NCBI GenBank assembly: GCA_964016885.1
Contig: CAXHJY010001472.1
Coordinates: 310,001 to 374,000 of the forward strand
Origin: Eledone cirrhosa
Taxonomy: Eukaryota
Direction: 5' to 3'
Length of the DNA: 64,000 bases
In this document: positions 39,466-53,698 of the stretch, piece by piece
Numbering within the stretch: the stretch's first letter is position 1
How the letters are laid out: each line of letters starts with the position of its first letter
Notes under the pieces: model-generated
The model's input: the letters and a program-made list of their open reading frames with translations, nothing else
What the model was told of the DNA's origin: nothing
Database searches by the model: none
Made by a program: the position numbers and the translations under genes

Positions 39466-41390
39466 TCATCATCATCATCATCATCGTTTAACGTCCATAT
39501 TCCACGCTTGCATGGGTTTGGACGGGAATTTTCCCACTTGAGGCAAGAGTGGTTGTCTTGCTCGCATAGGACTGTCTGGCGGGTTTTCTACAGCTGGATG
39601 CCCTTCCTAACACCAACCGCATTTACAGTGTGGGACTGGGAGGTTTTTACCGTGTTACCTACACGGCCACATTACTGCGTGGACTGTGTTTTTTTTTTTT
39701 GTCGTGACACCTACACGACCTCATTTGTTTCGGCCTGGATGTTGTGGCACCAACATAACTTTACATTGAAAGGGGCGGTGTGGATGGGGTGGGGGTGTAT
39801 TTTGTTAGAGGTGCCTACTGACTGTAGTAGGTTTTACTTTGTATCTAGGTAAGGCGGGTCTTCTCTATTACTGAGTACCGCCAAAGATCTCGGTCCAGTG
39901 ACATTGTCTTGGAGAGGTGTAAGTGTGTGAGGTCGGAATTTATCAAGTCGTCCCAGGTTTTTCTGGGTCTGCCTACTCCGTGGCTACCGTCTATCTTTAT
40001 TGCCCTGCATTTTTTTTATACAGCTGTCGTCTTTCATCCGCATCACGTGGACCATACCAACGTAGTCTTCTCTCGAGTACACAACATCTGATCCCTCTTA
40101 TTTCTAATTTTTCCCTTAGTTCGTTTATGCTTTGCCGTTCACATATATTACTATTACACATCCAGCGAAGCATGCAAGCTTCGTTCCTCTCTAGTCTGCG
40201 TATATCCTCTGCACACAATGCCCAGGTCTCACTGCCATGCAACATTGCTGTTCATATGCAGGCATCATACAACCTGCCTTTCATTTTTAGGGAGAACCCT
40301 TTAGCGGCTAATAGTGGTATAAGCTCTCTGAACTTTTTCCATCCAGTTCTGACTCTAGTTACTGTACTTTCAGAGCACCCTCCCCCACTGCTGATTTTGT
40401 CACCCAGGTAACGGAAGCTGTCCACTATTTCTATAGAACCCTCTGCGCAATTGAAAGAGCTAGTATTTTGTGGGCACTTGCTGCTACTTATTGCACCAGA
40501 GCACCGGCCACATGTAAAATCTATGTTCTTAGTTAGCTTACCTGTGATCCCACTACATCTTTTATGAACCCATACTTTGCATTTGGGACATAAAATGGAG
40601 TTTCTACCTACGCCTTTCCTACACACTGAGCATGGCCATTTCCCGGAAGGGACCGGCGCCTTATTTTCTTTCCTACAAACTAGAACTTTAGTCTTAGCCA
40701 GGTTAATTTTAAGGCCTTCTGATTCTAGGCCTTGCTTCCATGTTTGGAATTTCTTCTCTAGCTCGGCCATTGATTCAGCTATGAGCGTTAGATCATCTGC
40801 GTATAGGAGTTCCCATGGGCAGCCGGTCTTGAACTCCACTGTTATAGCCTGAAGGGCAATAATAAATAGTAGGGGGCTAAGGACGGAGCCCTGATGAACA
40901 CCAACTTTTACGCTAAACTCTTCACTATATTCGTTGTTAATTCTAACCTTGCTGACTGTTTCTTTATACATGGCTCGTATAGCTCTCACAAGCCATTCCT
41001 CAACACCTAGTTTTCTAAGAGCCCACCAGATAATGGAACGGGGGACTCTGTCGAAGGCTTTCTCCAAGTCAACAAAAGCTAAGTATAGGGGTTTACTTTT
41101 AACTAGGTACTTCTCCTGTAGTTGTCGTACAATGAAAAGAGCGTCTGTGGTACTTTTACCTGACACAAACCCGAACTGCATTTCATCTAGATCAATTCTC
41201 TCTCTGATTAGTTGCGCTATTACTTTTTCCGTGACCTTCATGACCTGGTCGATTAATTTAATGCCTCTATAGTTACTCCTATCTAGGGCATCTCCTTTAC
41301 CCTTGTAACAGTTAATGATGATGCTGCTACGCCAGTCCTTCAGAACAACCCCATTCTGTATGACTTGGTTTACTATCCGGGTGACCATTA
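39466..41390 (-). mobile_element. RTE-clade LINE, 5'-truncated; copy 3
   Basis: ORF 40252-41508, same motifs. Confidence 0.93.
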
Positions 41391-43850
41391 CGTGTATACA
41401 TCTGAAAATGTATATATGTATGCAAAGATATAAGTAAACATACATGTATACATATAGATGGACAGTTATGCATATACAATAACTTATTTCTATACATACA
41501 TATACCACAAGTAAGGCATGGTGCTGCCAACTAACCAGACCTCCCTCATAATGGACCAGCTAGATCCCAAAATACAGGCCTGCTTGCCAACACACCGTCC
41601 CAATAAGTGTAAGTTACAGCGCAGCTATCTGGACAGACTTGTCTTAAGACTACACACTATCCCACTACATCTTTTGTATACTATATATATACTGTTTATA
41701 TATATATATACTATATATATATATACTGTTTATATATATATACACACATATAATTGTGTATTCACACATTATCTTAGTAATGAAATAATTAATAATTTTA
41801 GTAAATTGTTCAAAATTCTTCATTAACCCTTTTGGTAGAAACCCAGCCAAAATTAGTTCTCGTACTATGGAAATGGTTCCTATCTAAATTAAAGTCTTCC
41901 AACAAAATTCTATATAACAACCATATGGTAAGTTACTATGTTAGTAATTAACTAACAATTGTGATAAATAGCTCAAAATTATTCATAATTAATTGAATTA
42001 TAAGGTTCATAATTATAATAAAATCTTCAAATAGGCTACGAAACCGGTAAACCTGAAAGGTACACAACACACACACATTGCTATAGCGTTTCACCAGCCC
42101 CTTCCTTCCTGAATTATTACAGAGATGTGTGTGTATGTAATAATTATTTGTATAATGTGTGTCTATTTATGAATATGTATGAGTAGATGTGTGTGTGTGT
42201 ATCACAGTAGATGTGTATGTAACACAGTAGATGTGTATATGTAACAGAGTAGATGTGTGTTTGCATGTAACTCAGTATATGTGTATGTAACTCAGTAGAT
42301 GTGTGTGTGTAACACGGTAGATGTGTGTGTGTAACACGGTAGATGTGTGTGTGTAACACGGTAGATGTGTGTGTGTAACACGGTAGATGTGTGTATGTAA
42401 CAGTAGATGTGTATGTATGTAACACAGTAGATGTGTATGTATGTAACACAGTAGATGTGTGTATGTAACACAGTACATGTGTGTGTATGTAACTCAGTAG
42501 ATGTGTGTGTATGTAACTCAGTAGATGTGTGTATGTAACACAGTAGATTGTGTGTATGTAACATAGAAGATGTGTGTAACACAGTAGATGTGTGTGTATG
42601 TAACACAGTAGATCTGTGTGTATGTAACTCAGTAGATGTGTGTGTATGTAACACAGGTGTGTGTATGTAACACAGTAGATGTGTGTATGTAACATAGTAG
42701 ATGTGTGTATGTAACACAGAAGATGTGTGTGTATGTAACACAGTAGATGTGTGTGTATGTAACTCAGTAGATGTGTGTGTATGTAACACAGTAGATGTGT
42801 GTGTAACACAGTAGATGTGTATGTAACGCAGTAGATGTGTGTGTATGTAACCCAGTTGATGTGTGTGTATGTAACACAGTAGATGTGTGTATGTAACATA
42901 GTATATGTGTATGTAACTAAAGTGTAACGTACGTTACAAATGGACGACAAAATGATTTTAACTTGTTTTTTAACAATTGATGGTGGAAAAGATTTTAAAT
43001 TGTCTTAACTCAGACCATAAAGGGCCGCAACACATGGAGTCTGACACTCTTACCGGCTACATGGCCTGGGCGTCTATTTTACCGCGACCGGCTACATAGC
43101 ATCTTCCTAAAATCTTCCAACATAATTTTATACAAGAACCACATGTTAAGTTACTAATAAAATAATTAATAAATAAAAACATTAGTAAGTCCTTCAAATG
43201 ATATCTCAGTAATGAAATAATTAATAATTGTTATAAATACCTCAAAATTCCTCATTAATTAAACCTCATTAATTAATTAAGCCGCTGAAAAGTGCAACAG
43301 ATGCCCTCTTCTTAGTGAGACAACTACAAAAGAGGTTCTTAGAGAAAAATAAGCCACTATACTTAGCTTTGGACATAGAGAAGGCTTTTGATAGAGAACT
43401 CTTATAAATGACAACATATATATATGTGTGTGTATATATATGTTTTTTTTAAAACTATATATTTATTACTCCCTTAAGCAGAAGAAATATATTCCCAGAT
43501 ATCGAAGATTACCACAATAACTAGGGAGCGGAAATCAATAGATGCTGGACATTGCTGCTGAGGGTAGGATGACCTGATGAGCTGGCTCCTGTGGTGGATA
43601 CCTAATCATAGTAAGACCCTAGTGGGATGACTGAGGTTCACCTACATACATCAGATGTCTCTGGATCTCCAGCTGGAGATTAATGATCTCAGGAATGCCA
43701 TGAAAAATCGTGACATCTAAAAAAGAAGAGTAGAATTGTTCTGGCCAATCCACCTGACCTAATAAACAATAATAATATTAATATATATTGATGAAAATTA
43801 ATTATGGTGAAATATCTTAGAAATCATTCTCAGAGGTTTTGTATTGTAAT

Positions 43851-45853
43851 CCACACTTGCTCCTTGTGGCTTCTGATGCAGACATCATGTCCGCCATCAG
43901 GTCCTTCCCAGCTAGCAGCTGCGGAGATGTTGATGGTCTCTGACCAGGCCTCCTCAAGGAGTTGATATCTCCCCTCTCCGCTGAGGCCGGGCGCCGCCTT
44001 CTGAGTGCAATTGTGGCGCTCACCAATAGGCTCATCCATGGCGCCCTGGACTCTTATGCTCGAGGCCTCTTTTTTTCGGCCAGCCTCACCGCTCGCAGGA
44101 AGAAAGAGGATGGCATACGCTCCATTGCTATGGGCAATGTCTTCCGGAGGCTGGCTGCCAAGGTAATCTGCAAGTCCGTAACACTCGGAACCGGCATCCA
44201 GGGCCTCCAGCCACCTCATTGTCAAGTTTGACATGAGGAATGCCTTCAACTCTTTACGCTGGGATCATCTGCTCGAGGCCTGCCTCAGCCGAGCCCCCTC
44301 TGCCTACCTGTCATATGGAGCCCCAAGCATGCGCCATGCTGCTGATACGGTCATACCCTTGGCTACTGGGATCCAACAGGGCAACCCTTTGGGACCCCTC
44401 CTGTTCACCCTTGGTATTGACCACATCGCCTGGAGTATAACAGCCCCTCTCAACGTTTGGTATCTGGATGATGCTACTTTGGGTGGGCCCGTACAGGCGG
44501 TCTGCCATGACCTTCAATCGGTGGTTCCTGCCCTGGCGGGAATCGACCTCCAGGTCAACTCAGCCAAGTCGGAGGTGGTGAATGTCAGCCTCGATGCTGC
44601 AAGCTTTGCAGTCTCCGTCTTGGACGTGCGGTCCATTCTCCGCCAGGTTCAGGTGACCCCCAAAGAGGATGCCCTCACCGATCCACCCGCCGGCCATCCG
44701 CTCCTCCATCAAGTCCAGACTCTCACGAGCCGACTGGGCTTGATTGATGGCCACCCAGTTCTCTTTCTGCTGAGGAACTGCTACGCCATGCCGAAGCTCC
44801 TCTATACACTCTGTGCTACACCTAAACTTGTATCCGAGCAGCAGCCGATGAGATATGCAACTTTACCTGTCAGGTATGGCGGCCTTCGCCTCCAGTCCCC
44901 GATCTCACTAGCTTTGCCGGCATATCTTTCGTCGGTAACCTCGTACCACGTCCTCCTCAGCAGGGTTCTTCAAAACACAACAGAACCCTCTGTGTTCAGA
45001 GAACGCGTGGCCGCCTGTGAGACGTGGGACCGGCTGGGACTTAGCCCAGTAGACGTTCCTCCTCCTTCTCCCCCTGTTGACGTCAAGTCCCCCCCAACAC
45101 ACTTGGGATGCCATCCAGTGCAGCCTGGCCTCAGACAGGCTCACGCGCCAGCTCGACCAGCACCGCCTTGTTTGTTTTCGTGCAGCCTCCAAACCCCACA
45201 GTGGGGCCTGGCTCCATGCCCTGCCCTCCTTCTCCACTCGCACGCAGCTAGACAACAATAGCTTGCGCATCGGCGTTTCCCTGAGGCTCGGCCTCACACC
45301 AATGTCGCTGCCGTTCCACCATGGACTCTTTCGGCCTCCACCCGCTTTCCTGTCGCCACAGTGCCAGCCGCAATCCACGCCATGCTGCCCTCAACGAAGT
45401 CATTAAGCATGGCTTGGACGCTGCAGTCTTCCCTTCCCAGCTCGAGGGGACGGCAAAAGGCTAGATGGCATGACCATCTTCCCGTTCCGCGGTGGCAAAC
45501 CCCTCGTCTGGGATGCCACTTGCACCGACACTTTCTGCAGCCGCAACCTGGTGCAGTCTGCGACTGGCCCAGGTTCTGCTGCACGTCAGGCTGAGAGGGC
45601 CAAACTCCTCACATATCGTTCACTCTCCGACAGGTTTGCGGTCGTACCCCTGGAAGTGGAGACTTCTGGTGTCCTCGACCCCAGGGCTACCTCCTTACTC
45701 ACCACCATAGGCGCTGAGCTGGCCAGTCGCAGGTGTGAGCCCCGCGAGTTGGAGTGGCTTTTCCAGCGCGTCTCCCTTGCCGTGCTCCGGGGAAACGCCT
45801 TCTCCATTTTGTCCGCCGGGGCTGTGGGTGGGCCCCATCGCGTACCGTTATAG
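43851..45853 (+). mobile_element. CRE-clade non-LTR retrotransposon; copy 5
   Basis: 342-aa RT-containing ORF at 44233-45261 plus RLE ORF at 45470-45853. Confidence 0.88.
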
Positions 45854-48800
45854 TTGTTGAAGAAGAAACAGGGAGACAACAACTGGAATGTATACAAAAC
45901 AACTAAATCTCTTAAATAACTTCACTTATATCCAAAATATGATTTGTATATACATCAACAGTGACTCATTATCATACGCCAGTCACGACCCCACTGCAAA
46001 AACGATATCTATATAACAACCCCACCGTAAAACTACTCTTCCCCACTTTACAAACACTTTATATTATTTGTCATTAAGGTTTCTTAAAATAAATATATAT
46101 ACGTATGTGTAGTAATTAGTACGGAGACTGAGAGAGAAGGGGCGAGTGTGTCTTCATGGAGGGCACATGGGACCAGCAAAGCCCTAAAAGTAGAGACCAG
46201 TAAATGAGATAAGGTCCTAGCTTTGTTAAGAATATAAATAAGAAACATGTTCTATACATTTAAGAAGACAAGAGAAACATGTTCTAAACATTTAAGAAAT
46301 AATTATTTACCTCTTTCATGTCGGTAATATAGCGGTGTTATAAAACTAATTATAACGACCGGTGTTAAAATAGAGAGAGATAGACAGATAAATGTGTGTC
46401 ACACTCTCACCCTCTCTTTAAATCTTTTACACTATCTTTACATCTTTTACTCTATCTCCCTCTTATTTCTATCTGTGTACATATATATGTGTATGTATGT
46501 ATCTGTCTATGTGTAACTCGGTGTACTGGAGCAATATGAGGTGAAGTGTCTTGCTCAAGAAGACATTTTGTGGAGTTATATCATCGTTTCTTGTTATAAA
46601 GCTACTTATACTACCGGCGTAACAGTGGCTACAGGTGATAGATGTAGAAATAAAAGGCTGTAACAGCGATATAAATATAGATGAAATAGTTTACCACGAG
46701 ACTAAGAATGAATGTTTAATGGAATTAAGTGTAATCTAATAGGAAATAAGAGGCTAGAGCAGCGAAATGTTTACGTAAAATAAAAGAACAACAAACAAGA
46801 GTGCAACATTGAAATTTTTGTTTTATTTTCTCGATATAAGCGTTATTTTATGCGCGATTTGCCTTGCTGCCGGCGTTGCTCAGTCAGTAGCAGCCCCGCT
46901 TACGAAGTTCAGGAGCCAACGACTTTACATGGTTCGAATCTCACCCTCTCCGCTCTTGTCGAGTTATCTCCTACTCTTTTTACTTAGTTCCAGGTCATTA
47001 AAATAGAGCAAAGAGGTCGCGGCGATCGGCATATGCACTGGCTACAATGTTGAACTTTGGTACTGACTGCATAGTTGAACGTTCCACATACCAACCGCCC
47101 AACTGGCCAGTCAACCGCAAATACGGCTGGCTGGCCGGTTGGGTAGTTGGCATATGTACTGACTGTCAAGTTGAACGTTCTAACCCTCTCTTTACATCTA
47201 TTGCTCTATCTACCGCTTATTTCTCTCCCTCTCTTTACTTCTATAACTCTATCTCCCACTCTCTTTACATCTATTACACAGTGTCTCCCTGTATATATAC
47301 ACGTATATATGCACTAGATTTTATAAGAAATCTACGTAATAATATAATTAACAATAGTTGATGAATTAGACCAGAGTTAATTAAACAATAAATATGAATG
47401 AAATAGCAGTAGATGGCGAAACTTGAGTGTTGTGTGTGCATACATATATATGAGGTAAACTGGTTCAAATACTGTCAGGATTATATTGGATCAAAGACTG
47501 TATTAAATAGAAAGTAAAAAATGAAGTGAAAATATAAAAACAAACTGAAAATTTCCCCATCCCTAGAAAAATTCATATCTTGTTATATATAGATAATTGG
47601 CGCTTTAAATTGAATAAATATTCATTTATATATATATATGTATATATATATGTACACTGATATATATGTGTGTGTATATATATATATATATGTATGTGTA
47701 TATGTGTATATATATACTAATATATATATATATATATATCAACTTCATCATACGTCCGCTTTTCCATGCTTGCAAGGGTGGGGTGGGAGCTGATTCTGGA
47801 TTGGTTTCTACAGCTGGGTGCCCTTCCTGACGCCAATCCAGTTTACAGTGAGTGCTGGGTGCTTTTTTTTTTTCCGTGGCACCTCCACGTCAGCTTTACA
47901 GAGCGGGCTGGGTGCTTTTTTGCCGTGGCGCCTCCACGACCACTTTACGGTGGGGTGGTGGGGTGGTATGTGTATACCCAGCCCATTGTCATTTCCCACC
48001 CAGAAAAGTTCATAGCACCGTTCTTTACCCACGATGAATCTAGCAGACCCACCCCTCCACCTGGTCTCTTGAATACAACAGTGGTTTCACTAAAATAAAA
48101 ATTAAATTAAATTAAATTAAATTAATTATATTAGATAAATAGACATTGGGGTTCTCACCAAAGATTTTCAGTTATTTCTAAGAGATGTAAAAGGAAAATT
48201 AAAAAAAGATTAATAGGACACATTAGACATGTCTCCAAGCAAGAATTGAACTTACAGACAAGGATCTCACCATCTCTGGTACTTCCCACTAAGCCACCAA
48301 GACTGCTACAAAGGTCTATTGAAAATTAATATTTATAAACCTACTTTCAAAATATAACTAATTTAATTAAAAATAAAATAAAATAAATAGACATTGGCGT
48401 TCTCACAAAACTTTTTCAGTTCTTTTTTCTAAGAAATGTCAAAGGAATATATATATATATATATATATTTTATTTTTAATTTTATTTTGAAAGTAGGTTT
48501 ATAAATATTAAATTTCAGTACATCTTTGTATCAGTCTCGGTAGCTTAGTGGGAAGTACCAGAGATGGTGAGATCCTGTTCTGGGTGTTCAATCCTGGTCT
48601 GAGGGTTGAATTGGGGACTCAGGTTCAATCCTGGTCCATGAGATACATGTAAGGTGTCATGTTAATCTTTTATAATTTTCTTTCTATATCTCTTTGAAAA
48701 AGAGAACCCCTATTTATTTAATTATATTGAATTTAATTTTTTATTTTAGTTAAATTGTCGAAAACACTGAAGATCTAAAGGTTGAGGAGACAATATGTCT

Positions 48801-49221
48801 ATTTTATCTGTCTCCTCTAACTTTAGATCACCAGTGGTTTTGACAATTTAACTAAAGTAAAATAAAATAAAATTAATTAAATTATATTAGATAAATAGAC
48901 ATTGGGGTTCTCACCAAAGATTTTCAGTTTTTTCTGAGGAAAATTTAAAAAAAGATTAACAGGACACATTACAGCAATGATTGAACTCCCAGACCAGGAT
49001 TGAACCTACAGACAAGGACCTCACCATCTCTGGTACTTCCCACTAAGCCGCCAAGACTGCTACAAAGGTCTGCTGATAATTAATATTTATAATTTCAAAA
49101 TAAAATTAATGTTATTAATTTTATTTAAAAATAAAATAAAATAAATAAACATTGGGGTTCTCACAAAACTTTTTCATTTTTATTCTAAGAAATGTCAAAG
49201 GAATATATATATATATATATA

Positions 49222-51149
49222 TCATCATCATCATCATCATCATCGTTTAACGTCCATATTCCACGCTTGCATGGGTTTGGACGGGAATTTTCCCACTTGA
49301 GGCAAGAGTGGTTGTCTTGCTCGCATAGGACTGTCTGGCGGGTTTTCTACAGCTGGATGCCCTTCCTAACACCAACCGCATTTACAGTGTGGGACTGGGA
49401 GGTTTTTACCGTGTTACCTACACGGCCACATTACTGCGTGGACTGTGTTTTTTTTTTTTGTCGTGACACCTACACGACCTCATTTGTTTCGGCCTGGATG
49501 TTGTGGCACCAACATAACTTTACATTGAAAGGGGCGGTGTGGATGGGGTGGGGGTGTATTTTGTTAGAGGTGCCTACTGACTGTAGTAGGTTTTACTTTG
49601 TATCTAGGTAAGGCGGGTCTTCTCTATTACTGAGTACCGCCAAAGATCTCGGTCCAGTGACATTGTCTTGGAGAGGTGTAAGTGTGTGAGGTCGGAATTT
49701 ATCAAGTCGTCCCAGGTTTTTCTGGGTCTGCCTACTCCGTGGCTACCGTCTATCTTTATTGCCCTGCATTTTTTTTATACAGCTGTCGTCTTTCATCCGC
49801 ATCACGTGGACCATACCAACGTAGTCTTCTCTCGAGTACACAACATCTGATCCCTCTTATTTCTAATTTTTCCCTTAGTTCGTTTATGCTTTGCCGTTCA
49901 CATATATTACTATTACACATCCAGCGAAGCATGCAAGCTTCGTTCCTCTCTAGTCTGCGTATATCCTCTGCACACAATGCCCAGGTCTCACTGCCATGCA
50001 ACATTGCTGTTCATATGCAGGCATCATACAACCTGCCTTTCATTTTTAGGGAGAACCCTTTAGCGGCTAATAGTGGTATAAGCTCTCTGAACTTTTTCCA
50101 TCCAGTTCTGACTCTAGCTACTGTACTTTCAGAGCACCCTCCCCCACTGCTGATTTTGTCACCCAGGTAACGGAAGCTGTCCACTATTTCTATAGAACCC
50201 TCTGCGCAATTGAAAGAGCTAGTATTTTGTGGGCACTTGCTGCTACTTATTGCACCAGAGCACCGGCCACATGTAAAATCTATGTTCTTAGTTAGCTTAC
50301 CTGTGATCCCACTACATGTTTTATGAACCCATACTTTGCATTTGGGACATAAAATGGAGTTTCTACCTACGCCTTTCCTACACACTGAGCATGGCCATTT
50401 CCCGGAAGGGACCGGCGCCTTATTTTCTTTCCTACAAACTAGAACTTTAGTCTTAGCCAGGTTAATTTTAAGGCCTTCTGATTCTAGGCCTTGCTTCCAT
50501 GTTTGGAATTTCTTCTCTAGCTCGGCCATTGATTCAGCTATGAGCGTTAGATCATCTGCGTATAGGAGTTCCCATGGGCAGCCGGTCTTGAACTCCACTG
50601 TTATAGCCTGAAGGGCAATAATAAATAGTAGGGGGCTAAGGACGGAGCCCTGATGAACACCAACTTTTACGCTAAACTCTTCACTATATTCGTTGTTAAT
50701 TCTAACCTTGCTGACTGTTTCTTTATACATGGCTCGTATAGCTCTCACAAGCCATTCCTCAACACCTAGTTTTCTAAGAGCCCACCAGATAATGGAACGG
50801 GGGACTCTGTCGAAGGCTTTCTCCAAGTCAACAAAAGCTAAGTATAGGGGTTTACTTTTAACTAGGTACTTCTCCTGTAGTTGTCGTACAATGAAAAGAG
50901 CGTCTGTGGTACTTTTACCTGACACAAACCCGAACTGCATTTCATCTAGATCAATTCTCTCTCTGATTAGTTGCGCTATTACTTTTTCCGTGACCTTCAT
51001 GACCTGGTCGATTAATTTAATGCCTCTATAGTTACTCCTATCTAGGGCATCTCCTTTACCCTTGTAACAGTTAATGATGATGCTGCTACGCCAGTCCTTC
51101 AGAACAACCCCATTCTGTATGACTTGGTTTACTATCCGGGTGACCATTA
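49222..51149 (-). mobile_element. RTE-clade LINE, 5'-truncated; copy 4
   Basis: ORF 50011-51294, same motifs. Confidence 0.93.
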
Positions 51150-53698
51150 CGTGTATACATCTGAAAATGTATATATGTATGCAAAGATATAAGTAAACAT
51201 ACATGTATACATATAGATGGACAGTTATGCATATACAATAACTTATTTCTATACATACATATACGACAAGTAAGGCATGGTGCTGCCAACTCACCAGACC
51301 TCCCTCATCATGGACCAGCTAGATCCCAAAATACAGGCCTGCTTGCCAACACACAGTCCCAATAAGTGTAAGTTACAGCGCAGCTATCTGGACAGACTTG
51401 TCTTAAGACTACACACTATCCCACTACATCTTTTGTATACTATATATATACTGTTTATATATATATATACTATATATATATACTGTTTATATATATATAT
51501 ACTATATATATATATACTGTTTATATATATATACACACATATAATTGTGTATTCACACATTATCTTAGTAATGAAATAATTAATAATTTTAGTAAATTGT
51601 TCAAAATTCTTCATTAACCCTTTTGGTAGAAACCCAGCCAAAATTAGTTCTCGTACTATGGAAATGGTTCCTATCTAAATTAAAGTCTTACAACAAAATT
51701 CTATATAACAACCATATGGTAAGTTACTATGTTAGTAATTAACTAACAATTGTGATAAATAGCTCAAAATTATTCATAATTAATTGAATTATAAGGTTCA
51801 TAATTATAATAAAATCTTCAAATAGGCTACGAAACCGGTAAACCTGAAAGGTACACAACACACACACATTGCTATAGCGTTTCACCAGCCCCTTCCTTCC
51901 TGAATTATTACAGAGATGTGTGTGTATGTAATAATTATTTGTATAATGTGTGTCTATTTATGAATATGTATGAGTAGATGTGTGTGTGTGTATCACAGTA
52001 GATGTGTATGTAACACAGTAGATGTGTATATGTAACAGAGTAGATGTGTGTTTGCATGTAACTCAGTATATGTGTATGTAACTCAGTAGATGTGTGTGTG
52101 TAACACGGTAGATGTGTGTGCGTAACACGGTAGATGTGTGTGTGTAACACGGTAGATGTGTGTGTGTAACACGGTAGATGTGTGTATGTAACAGTAGATG
52201 TGTATGTATGTAACACAGTAGATGTGTATGTATGTAACACAGTAGATGTGTGTATGTAACACAGTAGATGTGTGTATGTAACACAGTACATGTGTGTGTA
52301 TGTAACTCAGTAGATGTGTGTGTATGTAACTCAGTAGATGTGTGTATGTAACACAGTAGATTGTGTGTATGTAACATAGAAGATGTGTGTAACACAGTAG
52401 ATGTGTGTGTATGTAACACAGTAGATCTGTGTGTATGTAACTCAGTAGATGTGTGTGTATGTAACACAGGTGTGTGTATGTAACACAGTAGATGTGTGTA
52501 TGTAACATAGTAGATGTGTGTATGTAACACAGAAGATGTGTGTGTATGTAACACAGTAGATGTGTGTGTATGTAACTCAGTAGATGTGTGTGTATGTAAC
52601 ACAGTAGATGTGTGTGTAACACAGTAGATGTGTATGTAACGCAGTAGATGTGTGTGTATGTAACCCAGTTGATGTGTGTGTATGTAACACAGTAGATGTG
52701 TGTATGTAACATAGTATATGTGTATGTAACTAAAGTGTAACGTACGTTACAAATGGACGACAAAATGATTTTAACTTGTTTTTTAACAATTGATGGTGGA
52801 AAAGATTTTAAATTGTCTTAACTCAGACCATAAAGGGCCGCAACACATGGAGTCTGACACTCTTACCGGCTACATAGCCTGGGCGTCTATTTTACCGCGA
52901 CCGGCTACATAGCCTGGGCGTCTATTTTACCGCGACCGGCTACATAGCATCTTCCTAAAATCTTCCAACATAATTTTATACAAGAACCACATGTTAAGTT
53001 ACTAATAAAATAATTAATAAATAAAAACATTAGTAAGTCCTTCAAATGATATCTCAGTAATGAAATAATTAATAATTGTTATAAATACCTCAAAATTCCT
53101 CATTAATTAAACCTCATTAATTAATTAAGCCGCTGAAAAGTGCAACAGATGCCCTCTTCTTAGTGAGACAACTACAAAAGAGGTTCTTAGAGAAAAATAA
53201 GCCACTATACTTAGCTTTGGACATAGAGAAGGCTTTTGATAGAGAACTCTTATAAATGACAACATATATATATGTGTGTGTATATATATGTTTTTTTTTA
53301 AACTATATATTTATTACTCCCTTAAGCAGAAGAAATATATTCCCAGATATCGAAGATTACCACAATAACTAGGGAGCGGAAATCAATAGATGCTGGACAT
53401 TGCTGCTGAGGGTAGGATGACCTGATGAGCTGGCTCCTGTGGTGGATACCTAAACATAGTAAGAGCCTAGTGGGATGACTGAGGTTCACCTACATACATC
53501 AGATGTCTCTGGATCTCCAGCTGGAGATTAATGATCTCAGGAATGCCATGAAAAATCGTGACATCTAAAAAAGAAGAGTAGAATTGTTCTGGCCAATCCA
53601 CCTGACCTAATAAACAATAATAATATTAATATATATTGATGAAAATTAATTATGGTGAAATATCTTAGAAATCATTCTCAGAGGTTTTGTATTGTAAT

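Larger units (their letters stand above)
33532..43280. repeat. Tandem macrosatellite / segmental-duplication unit (9749 bp)
   Basis: The junction CTCATTAATTAATTAAGCCGCTGAAAAG recurs at 33532, 43281 and 53129, and feature order is the same in each unit. Confidence 0.93.
43281..53128. repeat. Tandem unit (9848 bp)
   Basis: Same junction and feature order as the preceding unit. Confidence 0.93.
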
